From assembly GCF_001194135.2 (NCBI RefSeq), contig NC_068981.1, positions 73,394,156-73,449,563 of the forward strand: a stretch of DNA of 55,408 nt, read 5' to 3'. Both the position numbers and the translations under genes were made by a program. Origin of the DNA: Octopus bimaculoides. Taxonomy: Eukaryota. Within the stretch, counting starts at the first letter, position 1, and each line of letters starts with the position of its first letter. A model generated the notes under the pieces. The model was not told the origin of the DNA. It made no database searches and saw nothing but the letters and a program-made list of their open reading frames with translations. Below, in pieces: positions 1-11,621 of the stretch.

Positions 1-477
1 ATGCGTACATCCACCCTACACATACATACACACACGCATATCTACATGTACATATATCAATAGTTCGCTTGTTACAGATATAGATATAAATATATAAATC
101 AGTGTGCTTGCAAGAATACATACAAGCAAGGACTATAGGATCGATCGGAAAGTTCCATGAGAATGGAATCAATTACGTGTAATTGCCTCCAACCCTCAGG
201 GGTCTGAGAAAATCTTTTAATCCGCTTTACTGATACGGAGCCTTATATTTCTCATGATGATGAAGGGGAAAATAGGTATGGTGGTGGTCATAATAAGATT
301 TGTGCAGACGATGGTGATGGCGACAGCGACAACGACGACGATGAAGATGATGTTGTTGAGGGTAGGATTGCTTAAGGAAAGAAATTCAAAGATGATGCAA
401 GAGAAGGAAGAGCAAGTGGAATGATGGTGATGACAATGATGACAGGTAGGCTTATGAAGACATGCAAGATGATGATG

Positions 478-524
<47 letters not shown>
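478..524. repeat. (AAT)n microsatellite; further (AAT)n tracts at ~857-883, ~1523-1536 and ~1673-1742
   Basis: Direct reading of the sequence. Confidence 0.95.
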
Positions 525-525
<1 letters not shown>

Positions 526-857
526 TCATAGGTGCCCTGGGAATGACAGCGAAACGGGCTGATTACTACCTAGCTCAGATACCAGGAGACCCCAAAATGG
601 CTGAAGTTCAAAAGATAGTGCTCATGGGAACTGCCCATATCCTACGTAAAATACTGTCTATGTGATCCCAAATTTTAAAACAAACACATAATTTTCTTAT
701 GGTTTCTTAAACATTCACTTAGAACAAAACTGTACAAATCCAAATATATGGTACCCTAGGCATAACACCTACATGAACTTCTAACTTGTTCTCTCTTGAG
801 GTCTCTGGGTGAGACTTGGATCCAACTTGTACAAATGCAAAGCAAAAGTCAGACATA
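525..857 (+). mobile_element. 3' end of an R4/Dong-like (restriction-like endonuclease) non-LTR retrotransposon, 5'-truncated, embedded in (AAT)n
   Basis: Translates to VIGALGMTAKRADYYLAQIPGDPKMAEVQKIVLMGTAHILRKILSM* (stop 663-665), matching the typical R4/Dong C-terminal pattern VxGALG...xQKxxLxGTAxILRKxL. A ~190-nt 3' UTR follows, and (AAT)n flanks both sides. Confidence 0.75.
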
Positions 858-883
858 TAATAATAATGATAATAATAATAATG

Positions 884-1518
884 CTTTCAAATTTTGGCAC
901 AGGGCTACCAGTTTTGGGGGAGGGATTAGTCGATTACATCGACCCCAGTGCTCAACTGGTACTGAATTTATCTACTCCGAAAGGATGAAAGGCAAAGCCA
1001 ACCGCAGCGGAATTTGAAATCAGAACGTAAAGATGGATGATACACTGCGAAGCACTTTGCCGGTGCAGTAACGATTTTGCCAGCTCGCCACCTTAAAATT
1101 GATTCCAAATTTTGACACAAAGGCAGCAAGTTCAGGAGGAGTGTAAATCGATTATATTGACCCCAGCACTCAACTAGCACTTATTTCATTGACGTCGAGC
1201 CCCGAAATGCAAGGTTGACCGCGAAGGATTTTGAACACGGAACGTAAAGAAATACCGACAAGTATTTTGTTCGTAGTGCTAATGATTCTGCCAGATTAAT
1301 GATAATCCTTTCTACTAAAGGCACAAGGCCTGAAATTTGGTGGGAGATGACTAATCGATTACATCGACCCCAGTTTTTCACTGGTATTTAATTTATCGAT
1401 CCCGAGAGGATAAAAGGCAAAGTCGACCTCGGTGGAATTTGAACTCACAACGTGAAGAGAGACGAAATATCATCAAGCTTTTCGCCCGACATGCTAATAA
1501 TTTTGCCATCTCACCGCC
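884..1518 (-). mobile_element. Three head-to-tail copies of tRNA-derived SINE family A (~884-1092, ~1097-1295, ~1300-1518)
   Basis: Each copy carries the reverse complement of GGCGGTGAGCTGGCAGAA...GAGTTCAAATTCC (A/B box-like)...GACTTTGCCTTTCATCCTTTCGGGGTCGATAAA...ACCAG. The same family recurs more than 15 times in the window. Confidence 0.85.
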
Positions 1519-1673
1519 TTAGTAATAATAATAATATCACCATGTCGCGTACATATGGTTGGGATGCATGTGCCTGGTGTACCCTTATCAGACGGGTAGT
1601 CATGATGGGTATATTGGGCTTCGTATATTTGTACCCCAGTGTCACTTTGATGGCATGCACTGCTCTCTCACTC

Positions 1674-1738
<65 letters not shown>

Positions 1739-1742
1739 CAAC

Positions 1743-1930
1743 AACTATCGACCAATGATATGCCTCAACCCCACCTACAAGATCCTCACATCCATATTAA
1801 CTGACAGAATATACGCTTTCCATGGACAGAACTGTATCCTTCCACAAGCTCAAAAGACTGTAAAAGGAGTTCTTAGGGGTGCAAAGATAAATTACTCATA
1901 AGTAAAATGATTGTAGAATGTTGTCGGAGC
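1743..1930 (+). mobile_element. Reverse-transcriptase N-terminal fragment of an R4/Dong-like LINE
   Basis: NYRPMICLNPTYKILTSILTDRIYAFHGQNCILPQAQK followed, after a frameshift, by KLLISKMIVECCR resembles the RT start NYRPITCL..YKILT....R....L..N.ILP.EQKG...G..DQLLI. It directly follows an (AAT)n tract. Confidence 0.7.
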
Positions 1931-1974
1931 ATTATTTCCACTTTTTCCAGTTTCCTCTTAACTCTGATATTTGA

Positions 1975-2095
1975 TTGGCACTTCATTTTATCCATCCGAA
2001 AGGATGAACGGCAAAGTCGACCTTGGTGGAATTTGAACTCAAAACGTAATGAGTCGGAATAGATGCTGCTAAGCATTTCGTCGGACGGACGTGCT
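1975..2095 (-). mobile_element. Partial SINE family A copy
   Basis: CCGAAAGGATGAACGGCAAAGTCGACCTTGGTGGAATTTGAACTCAAAACGTAA...CTAAGCATTTCG. Confidence 0.8.
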
Positions 2096-2129
2096 ACTCG
2101 TGGAAGCATAGTTGTAGGAGGACAACGCT

Positions 2130-3239
<1,110 letters not shown>

Positions 3240-3502
3240 NNNNNNNNNNNNNNNNNNNNNNNNNNNNNNNNNNNNNNNNNNNNNNNNNNNNNNNNNNNNN
3301 NNNNNNNNNNNNNNNNNNNNNNNNNNNNNNNNNNNNNNNNNNNNNNNNNNNNNNNNNNNNNNNNNNNNNNNNNNNNNNNNNNNNNNNNNNNNNNNNNNNN
3401 NNNNNNNNNNNNNNNNNNNNNNNNNNNNNNNNNNNNNNNNNNNNNNNNNNNNNNNNNNNNNNNNNNNNNNNNNNNNNNNNNNNNNNNNNNNNNNNNNNNN
3501 NN

Positions 3503-3534
<32 letters not shown>

Positions 3535-3985
3535 AACATATATATTTGTATGCATGTATGTATGTATGTATGTATGTATGCATATACTAGAAGCTAAACA
3601 CGGTTTTACGCGGTCGGTTTGGATGATGTGGTTGTAAAACCTGTTCTGTGTAAGCATTCGATTTGTTTGGGCACACTTATTTTAAAAAAACAATTTTAGA
3701 ATGACTTTTTTTTCTGCCAAAACGCTAAAAATAACTGCCCAACAAAAAAGAAAAAACAACCAAGATTCAACCAAATCAAAAAATAAACCCAAATACTAAG
3801 CGAACAAAAATGAATCATCCCACTTCCATTGCGCGCGCACACGCACAGATGCACACAAACATGCATACACACACACACACACACACATACCCCCCTTTTA
3901 CATTCACACACATATATCCACACAGAGTTGATACGCCGTTTGATTTATTTTTTCAGCGTACAACTTTCATCATCTCACTACCAAC

Positions 3986-4212
3986 TATGACATCACCCCT
4001 TCCTTCCTTATTCATCTATCGCCCCTTCCTTTCTCATTCATAAACACAAGAGTATTATTATAGTGGATTATCTCGGTAACCATGGAAGCTATGAAAAAAA
4101 TATGACATCACCCCTTCCTTCTTTATTCATCTATCACCCCTTCCTTATTTATAAACACAAGAGTATTATTATAGTAGATTATCTCGGTAACCATGGAAGT
4201 TAAGAAAAAAAT
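3986..4212. repeat. ~115-bp direct tandem duplication (3986-4100 / 4101-4212)
   Basis: Both units read TATGACATCACCCCTTCCTT...ATAAACACAAGAGTATTATTATAGT(G/A)GATTATCTCGGTAACCATGGAAG...GAAAAAAATA. Confidence 0.9.
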
Positions 4213-5459
4213 ACAATACCCAGCATCATTACCGGACGATTCTACACATCTGTGTAAGTTTTCGCGCAATTCCACCCAGCCGTTTGACCGTGAATCCCGA
4301 GACAAGAAAGAATCTCCCATGTCAAATTTATGTGAATAAATATACGGAGCAAATAATTCAGGAGAATTGACTGTTATTTCCAGAAGGTAGACATGCTCAG
4401 TATGTCTTTTGATTAATTACATATACATATATACGTATGTACACACACACACACGCAAAAAAAAACGCACACACATACACGCACACACACACATACACAC
4501 ACGCACACACAAACACACACACACACACACACNNNNNNNNNNNNNNNNNNNNNNNNNNNNNNNNNNNNNNNNNNNNNNNNNNNNNNNNNNNNNNNNNNNN
4601 NNNNNNNNNNNNNNNNNNNNNNNNNNNNNNNNTAGAGTTAAATGGTCACAGACAAACGAAATAAGGCCAAAAAAAATCTGAATAAAAGATCTTGGTAAGA
4701 AAACAAAAGATAAATGAATGAACAAAAGGCATGAATCTTCCTTGTTGAACAACAAAAAGAAATCATTAGTTTGTTTCTTTCTTGTCCTTGCAAGCTTCCA
4801 TAAATCAATGACTTTTAGTAGTTTACTTTATCTTATAACACACAACGGCAGCTGCTGTCTCCTGACAATGTACTCCTATATTTATTTAACAAGCCACTGT
4901 TTTTTTTTATTATTAATGATCACGCTGATACTGCTGCTGTTGTTGTTATTGTTGTTCCTGTCGTTGTCTTCATCATTACTAAGGGGGCGAGCTAACAGAA
5001 TCATTTTGTTTTTAGCTTAACTGTCTATCAAAGATCTTGTAGGATTTAGTCACTCCTTCAAATATATTAAGAATGGCGTCCAATTTTTCGGTGAAATATC
5101 AGGTGAGTGAGATTTGAAAACAGCTTTTTTTGATTCTGCCTTTCCACTGTCACAACAAAGCATCCCCCAACATTGCCGGCCAAAACAACAATAACAGCAA
5201 CGACGACGACCAATAACAAGGAAAATGGAAAGAACTTTAACTATAGCATCGAGAAAGAAAACAAAAGCTTAAATGAAAATGAAGAAAAGAAAGACAAAAA
5301 AATTAAATTGTCGCTTCGATACTCTTGCAAACTGTACCTCCAACACCAGCACCACAATTAACGCCAACACAACAAAAAGCCAAGGGATTTTGTCTTGCAA
5401 ATCGAACGTTGATGCGAAATTATATCGTTTTCAGAATGAAATCAATGCAGAAAATATCC

Positions 5460-7088
5460 TTACGCGTTCTGGACAGACTAGCCAATTGATTCTCATCGAC
5501 CCTGATAGTCTCCGAGAGAACGTCGTCGCTCTTGCCCACTTCTATGCTTCTACAGAACACAGAAATATTGTCCGACTGAAGGCCTTTCGCGTGCTAGGCA
5601 TCCTGCTTCGGTCAACGCTTGATCCAGGACTGCAGCTCAGTCAAGGAGACAAGCTGCGGTGAAGCGTGTCTGACAAACGGTGACCGCCCTTTTCGTCGAC
5701 AAGGAAACGCTGGAGAAGTCGCTGCCCCAGAGTATGTCAGCACATCATCAGCCACGACATCCCTATTCAGCAAGTATTGACAACAGAGAGCATGAACAGC
5801 ACAAAGCGTCCCTTCCACAGAAAACAGAATAGTCGCTCCAGCCCAGCCAGGAGTGAACTGGCGTGAGGCGCGACAATCAAACGGAAATATATGATGAAAG
5901 CGGTGAATACCTTCGCCACTTCTGTCCAGCATTAGATGGATAGCTTTCTCGTAATCCATTTCTAGGCGAGATTGGCCATCCTGCTCGTCATTTCGTCCGA
6001 TTTCTTTTCCACTGAAAATCTGAACCAAACTATCCCCAAGCGATTTAACGAGTCCGTCCGTCCAATGTCACACGTCACTCTTGGGCGGCATGGAATTACC
6101 TCTCCAGGGACAGAGTTGCAGGTTCACTGACTTACCTTGATTGTTTTTCCTTTTTTTTTTGTTTTGTTTTGTTTTGGTCTTGACACTATATTTCCTCAGA
6201 ATTGTGCCGATCATGTGACGATGATGTCGTCCGCGTCCGAGTTCGCATGGGCTGCTCTTCAAAGTCTTTACTTTTCGCAATAGCGGCTCAAGTGTCAGTA
6301 TATAAAGAAGAGATGAGAAGGGACAACATTGACGAACCGAGCGCAAAATAACGAATAGTTTCGTTAGGTGGTCATTCATCGAACCATCGAGTTGGTGTTA
6401 CTCTACATTGCAGTAATGAAACCGAAGAAAAATATGACCGAAACCGGCTGCTGTGAGAACAGCTATCAGGTATTGGTGATCAATCCTATCAAAAACTTTT
6501 AGTCGATCTACATTGATAAGAGCCACGCGCATGCCAGATTTTGTTTTACACACCATCCCTATGATGTGTCGCATGACGTAGAAGTTGTCGAGGAGAGATC
6601 TTGCTTAGAATGACACATTATTGCACATCACCGATCGAACAAATGGCAACCCCTTTATTAATACCTTGGCAAACATTTTAAAATCAGCGTTTAACAGAGT
6701 TATGGACTGAACATTATCAATGTGATCCCCCTTGTTTGGGACCTTTCTTACTATGCCACTGCTCCTCGACTCACGGAGCTGGGAATTCTTCCGTTCTATG
6801 ATTAATTGCGGTAGGTATTAGCGAAGAGGTATTCAAACAAGTCTGGCATGTAAAAGTAAAGCTCATAGAGTAGACCATCTAAACCAGGCAATTTGCCCCT
6901 TACGCAGTAAACCATCTTGCCGAGAGTTGCGACAGGCCGTCGAGGTAGGCTCTGAAATTCATCTTACATTCCGTCCCGCCATTCGTTCCGAACAATCGAA
7001 TGAAATACTGTTTAAAATCTTTACTCATCTCCTTGAGGTTGAGGTACATGCACCTGTAGTGAACCCTGGCGGTTAAGCAGGAAAGCAA
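5460..7088 (-). pseudogene. Degenerate Tx1/L1-clade LINE ORF2 fragment (pre-RT linker, RT, post-RT region) with many stops/frameshifts and an internal deletion
   Basis: Minus-strand translation gives, in order: YFIRLFG, GKLPGLDGLLYELY..MPDLF, SITLLNADFKMFAKVL, ALINVD, RSVRQCCPFSSLLYILTLEPLLRK, WTDGLVKSLG/IVWF, LERLFCFLWKG. These are colinear L1/Tx1 ORF2 motifs (GKSPGxDG, ITLLNxDxKIxAKxL, RGVRQGCPLSPLL, FFWxG). Confidence 0.9.
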
Positions 7089-7126
7089 AACAGTAAAGGG
7101 ATTTAACGAGAGTCATCTCCCTCGAC

Positions 7127-7161
7127 CTTCTAGAAAGTTCTCGAACATTCTCGAAGTTTCC
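7127..7161. promoter_or_regulatory. Perfect 7-unit heat-shock element (HSF1 binding array)
   Basis: TTC-ta-GAA-ag-TTC-tc-GAA-ca-TTC-tc-GAA-gt-TTC at 7128-7160: seven alternating nGAAn pentamers with exact 2-nt spacing and differing spacer bases. Confidence 0.9.
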
Positions 7162-7198
7162 GGTTGACGTGGAAGTCGGGGACTTCCAGTTCATCCCT

Positions 7199-7237
7199 TA
7201 TATAAAGGAACAAATTTCTAAATTCGCACCACTCAGT
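7199..7237 (+). promoter_or_regulatory. TATA box (TATATAAAG, 7199-7207) with Inr-like TCAGT (7233-7237)
   Basis: Canonical motifs about 40 bp downstream of the HSE; TSS expected at ~7228-7235. Confidence 0.7.
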
Positions 7238-7403
7238 GTCTGTCTGTCTGCTCAGTTGATTTTGTATCGTGATTTCCATTGATTTTTGCATAGTGACGGA
7301 CAAGTTGTTCTTTGTTTACCATTTGTTGGCGATTGTTTGACTTGTCGTATGACTTACTTTTGTTGTGTTTTCTCCTCCAGTGGGGACGAAAATTACAGTA
7401 AGT

Positions 7404-8106
7404 ATGGAGGAAGTGCAAGTGCGTGCTGAGAGCTACGCTTCAATAGCAGGCAGAGGTAACATTGCAGCAACGGTGAGACAGCTAGAAGTCAGGGAGGTAC
7501 CAGTCGACCTCGAAATAGTGAGAAACAGCAAAAAAATTGATAGAGAAAGAAGGGTCAAGATTAAAATTAACACCGCCGGAAGAAATAACAAGAAGCAAAA
7601 ACGAAAAAATAGTGGTTTACAGAAAGCTTTCACTAGCAAGTAAGAAAATAGAAATGACGAACGAAGAAGATTTGGAAGAATGCTTGCAAAAAATAAGTCA
7701 CATGGAATACTACTGTAGCGGAAGGAAGTTTGGTACTGTGGAGGTGCGCTTCCCGACTGTGGAGGAGGCAGCAAGCAACTCCAATGTAACCTTGAAAACC
7801 GAAAAATGGGCACTCCTGCCAATATACCTTGGGAAGCGAGTGGCGAGAGTGAGGATTGGCAGGGTTCCCCCAGAGATTAACGAGATGTGGCTGCTTCCAG
7901 CTATTCTAATAGACACAAAGGAAGACCCCCAAGTGCTGCAGGTAAGCCGTACTAAACAACTTAACTGTTGGGGATATGGTCTGGAAGCCATAATCCTGGC
8001 CACCGCACCAGACATACAAGAAATAACAGAAGAGATAGAGTTTCCAGAAGACGTGAAGCTGTGTATGGTAGTAGAGGGAAGACCGCCCACATGCTACCAC
8101 TGCGGT
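7404..8106 (+). mobile_element. Tx1/L1-type LINE ORF1 (RRM-like region plus truncated CCHC zinc knuckle), open except for one +1 frameshift in an A7 run (7530-7536)
   Basis: ATG at 7404 (MEEVQVRAESYASIAG...); joining to the 7537 frame gives ...GTVEVRFPT...RVARVRIGRVPPEI...MVVEGRPPTCYHCG, the V.I..VP and xGxPxTCxxCG pattern of L1/Tx1 ORF1. Confidence 0.8.
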
Positions 8107-8317
8107 TTGTGGATGACCAAGCTGAAACGGATCCTTTTCCGCTTTTTGTGGAAGGGAAAACCACCACTTGCGAGGTGCTCCATCTGCTGCCAAAAACCGT
8201 TTGTTTGCCTCACTTACTTGGAGACATGTGATTGCAATAAATGAATATGTTCATGTAATGTTTCAAGCCTTTCCTTCAATTAACCTTATATGTTAACGCA
8301 TTACCTCCAGTAATAAA
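8107..8317 (+). mobile_element. Tx1/L1 ORF2 post-RT remnant fused in frame to ORF1, then stop (8242-8244) and AATAAA signals (8236-8241, 8312-8317)
   Basis: LWMTKLKRILFRFLWKGKPPLARCSICCQKP matches the same post-RT motif seen in the minus-strand copy (LERLFCFLWKG). Confidence 0.7.
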
Positions 8318-9727
8318 TATGTTATGACTTATTGCAAACGTCTCGCGAATTCCTATTTTATTGTTACTACGTACAAGATGGTGACCCTTCTTTTTCTCAT
8401 GCTCATTAAATTATAGGATGTCACTTAATCGACATCACTATACATCTATTATAGTTCGCAAAAGATCGAATTGTAGATTTATCACCACGTTGCACTTCTA
8501 CCACCCGAGGCCATCGAGCGACTTTCATCCCCTTCGTGTCTTAGAGCACTTACAATCTTCATACTTCGTGTTGAAGAACTGGTCGAGGGCTAATCTCACC
8601 GCAAGTATGTCGGATGTGATGCTTTTTCCAAGTTCCTAATCAAGTCTCCTATTCACTATCAGTACGATTTTACTAAACCTAATTGATTCTACTTTAATCG
8701 TTCTTTTCAGGATGAATCTTCACTTGTTGTCGACGGTTGCCCCCTTCAATGCCTGCTTAACTAATTCGCTAATCTGGTTTCTTTAAGTTCAGTACGCTTT
8801 AAGAGACGCGTTCACCTTTCAGTGACGAAGTACCTGCCTACGAAGCCTATGTAGGGTATCGTGCAGATCACTAATTTGTGGTCTGTGTACCGGACGAATT
8901 TAAAAAGTACATTGTGTTAAATTTGAAACTTGTATTTACTCTGTCATCCACAGCTGTAGAATGAAATACAATTGTTATGCTCTGGTTAAAGTGTTAGTTG
9001 GATATTTTTAATCATGTCTTTTTATACTGCTAGAAACTCTCCTCTAGTAAACTATCTCCAAGCAATCTGATTTTTTTCTGGTGTTAAAGTTCGTTGTAAT
9101 CGCAACTATACAAATTTTAGTAAACTCACCCCTAAGATTGAGTTCACTCACTTTGCAATAAGCTCACACACTTCATGACTTTCTTGCGTTATGGAACTAT
9201 TTTCATTATATCTTTTAAAATGCTAGCTTGTCTAAAGGAAGAATCCTTTTAATTATTTCGTATTATGCTTGATGAAGACTATTGTAGTCCTTTTAACTTC
9301 AACGAAATCTTTACAAATACGACACAATTTTTTTTCTTTTTTTATCTAAGACGAAAATAATCATCAGTCTATTTTTTAATTCAATGTTGCCAACATAAAA
9401 AATTATTGTACTTTACAGCGACGCAATAGAGAAAACGGCTTAGACGAGGACTAGACCTATTCACACTGGTTATTCATTACAAACAACAATGAAAGCCTGA
9501 AGTAGAGTAACAGCGATGAGTTAAGTAACAGTGAAGCAAATTCTGAATGTTAATTAGTTGTAATAAATGTGTGTTTATGTCATCAGTTCGTACCTATTCC
9601 GGTTCGTAATTTTTATTTAAGTCACCACACAAATATTACTGCTTAAAGAAATTTGTGTTTGACTTTTGAGATGTTGAAAATAATTTATATTAAATTAATG
9701 TTTTAGTTTTAAGATATGTATGTTTTT

Positions 9728-9840
9728 TCAGTCCCACTATGCAGTACCTTGGACAAGTGTCTTTTACTACAGTCAGTTACAGTCTTGTGAGCAAATTTGG
9801 CAGATGAAAACTATGAGAAAGCTTGTCGCATATACATACA
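9728..9840 (+). mobile_element. Partial CORE-like SINE family C
   Basis: CAGTCCCACTATGCAGTACCTTGGACAAGTGTCTTTTACTACAG...GTGAGCAAATTTGGCAGATGAAAACT aligns with the 36697 copy. Confidence 0.65.
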
Positions 9841-11153
9841 TATGTAAGAGTCCAGTTTGACCCTGCCTGAGATTTGAAACCAAATCCACCGGCTTGTTGC
9901 TTGTCAAAAGGAGCGGGAAATCCTCCACACTAGATGATTGATGAGGAAACACTCTACCCCCTAGGACCTGTACTACTCAAGGAAAGGTCAGTCCTTTGTT
10001 TAAGGTTCGAACTCCATTACTAACCATAGTCTATCTCTTCCTTTGATGTGTCTGCCAGACCAAGGAGCAACACCCACTTTTGTATCAGCCTTAACCAAGA
10101 GCAGCAATTCCCTTTGCTCTTCACTTGAAATTAGTCAGTTGATTCTTAATTTTTCATTAGTCACATCCTGTATTTAGTAATCACTTCAAGTTTTCCTGTT
10201 CTAACAACTAAAAAGACGTAACTAGAATTCATCTATTTGTCTTTTTTTTTTATTGCAACGTTGTTTTCTCAAACTAATCGTGACCTTCACAACTCGATAC
10301 ATCAAGAGAAGTCTCTATGTTAACTTGGAGATTAAACTATTTTAAGATGTACCATATTGAAAAACTGAATAACGTTGATTCCGGGTAGGTGAAGAAGGAA
10401 TGTTAAGAAAAATAATTCCCACTTCTTCAGTAATGTTACCTGATGCTCTGATGCTGGTGTGGAAAGGACACCATTCTGTCTTTATCTTTTATTTGCTTCT
10501 GTCACTGGACTGCAATCATGCCTGGCACCACCTTGAAGGGTTCAGTTGAACAAATTGACCCCAGTACTTATTCTTTATCAGTCTCTTTTGATGAACTGCT
10601 AACCAGCACCGTTGTCAAGTGGCAGGAAGAACAAACACAAACACAGAAACACAGACAGACAGACACATACACACTCACAGTTGTCAGAACAGGAAAACTT
10701 GAAGTGATTACTAAATACAGGATGTGACTAATGAAGATGTAAGAATCATCTGGCTGATTTCAGCAACATATACACACCACTGTTCTTATTATAGTAACTA
10801 TATTTCAGAACATCCTCCTCCCCTTCTAATAAGGTCATCTAGACAACAAATGCTATCCACTACCTCTAAGAATTCTCCTGGACATTTGAGAAAATGTGTT
10901 TTTCATATGCTATTGTTATTTATTGCTCCTGAGTATCTACCACCTACAAAAGTTACTTTCCCTGTTAACTTGCCTGTGAAACCATTGCATCTCTTTTAGG
11001 TTCATCAGTAAAGAAGAAATCAGGACGTCTGCCACTAGCTTTTATGCAGTGTCTTCTAGTGAAGGAAGTACTCTCTACAAGTTAGTTACAATTGGACTCA
11101 AGAAGCTGGAACTGGGACTTGACAAATATTTTGGACAATATTTTGGACAAAAA

Positions 11154-11475
11154 GGGCAAGCGAAAGCGAAATCGTGATGGCACCTGTACCAGTAGAGCAC
11201 TAAGAGCACAGTCCGAGCGTCATCATTGCCAGAGCACCAGCTGTCTGGCTTCCGTGCCGGTGGCACGTAAATAGCACCATTTGAGTGTGATCGTTACCAA
11301 CGTCGCCTTGCTGGCACGTGAAAAAACATTCGAGCGAGATCGTTGCCAGTACCGCTGGACTGGCTCCTGTGCAGGTGGCACGTAAAATACACCATTTCGA
11401 GCGTGGCCGTTGCCAGTACCGCCTGACTGACCTTCGTGCCGGTGGCACGTAAAAGCAGCCACTACACACTCGGAG
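11154..11475 (+). mobile_element. Fragment of the RTE LINE 3' UTR with ~60-bp tandem units (family B)
   Basis: Reverse complement of 11774-12096; repeated GTGCCGGTGGCACGTAAA cores. Confidence 0.85.
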
Positions 11476-11621
11476 GGAAGAGTTCCATGACAAACTGAGT
11501 CTCTCATCAACTGCAATCCCAGATTGATTAATCAGTATTTAACAGATCAAACTGTTAAAGATTGTCTTCTAATATCTACCTGTTATTTTAGTCTGGATAA
11601 GGTTATTGTGAAAACGGAATT

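Noticed and set aside
5612-6379. ORFs 5612-6028, 6068-6379 and 5273-5662 as host genes
   Set aside because: They are off-frame or partial readings of the decayed Tx1 ORF2.
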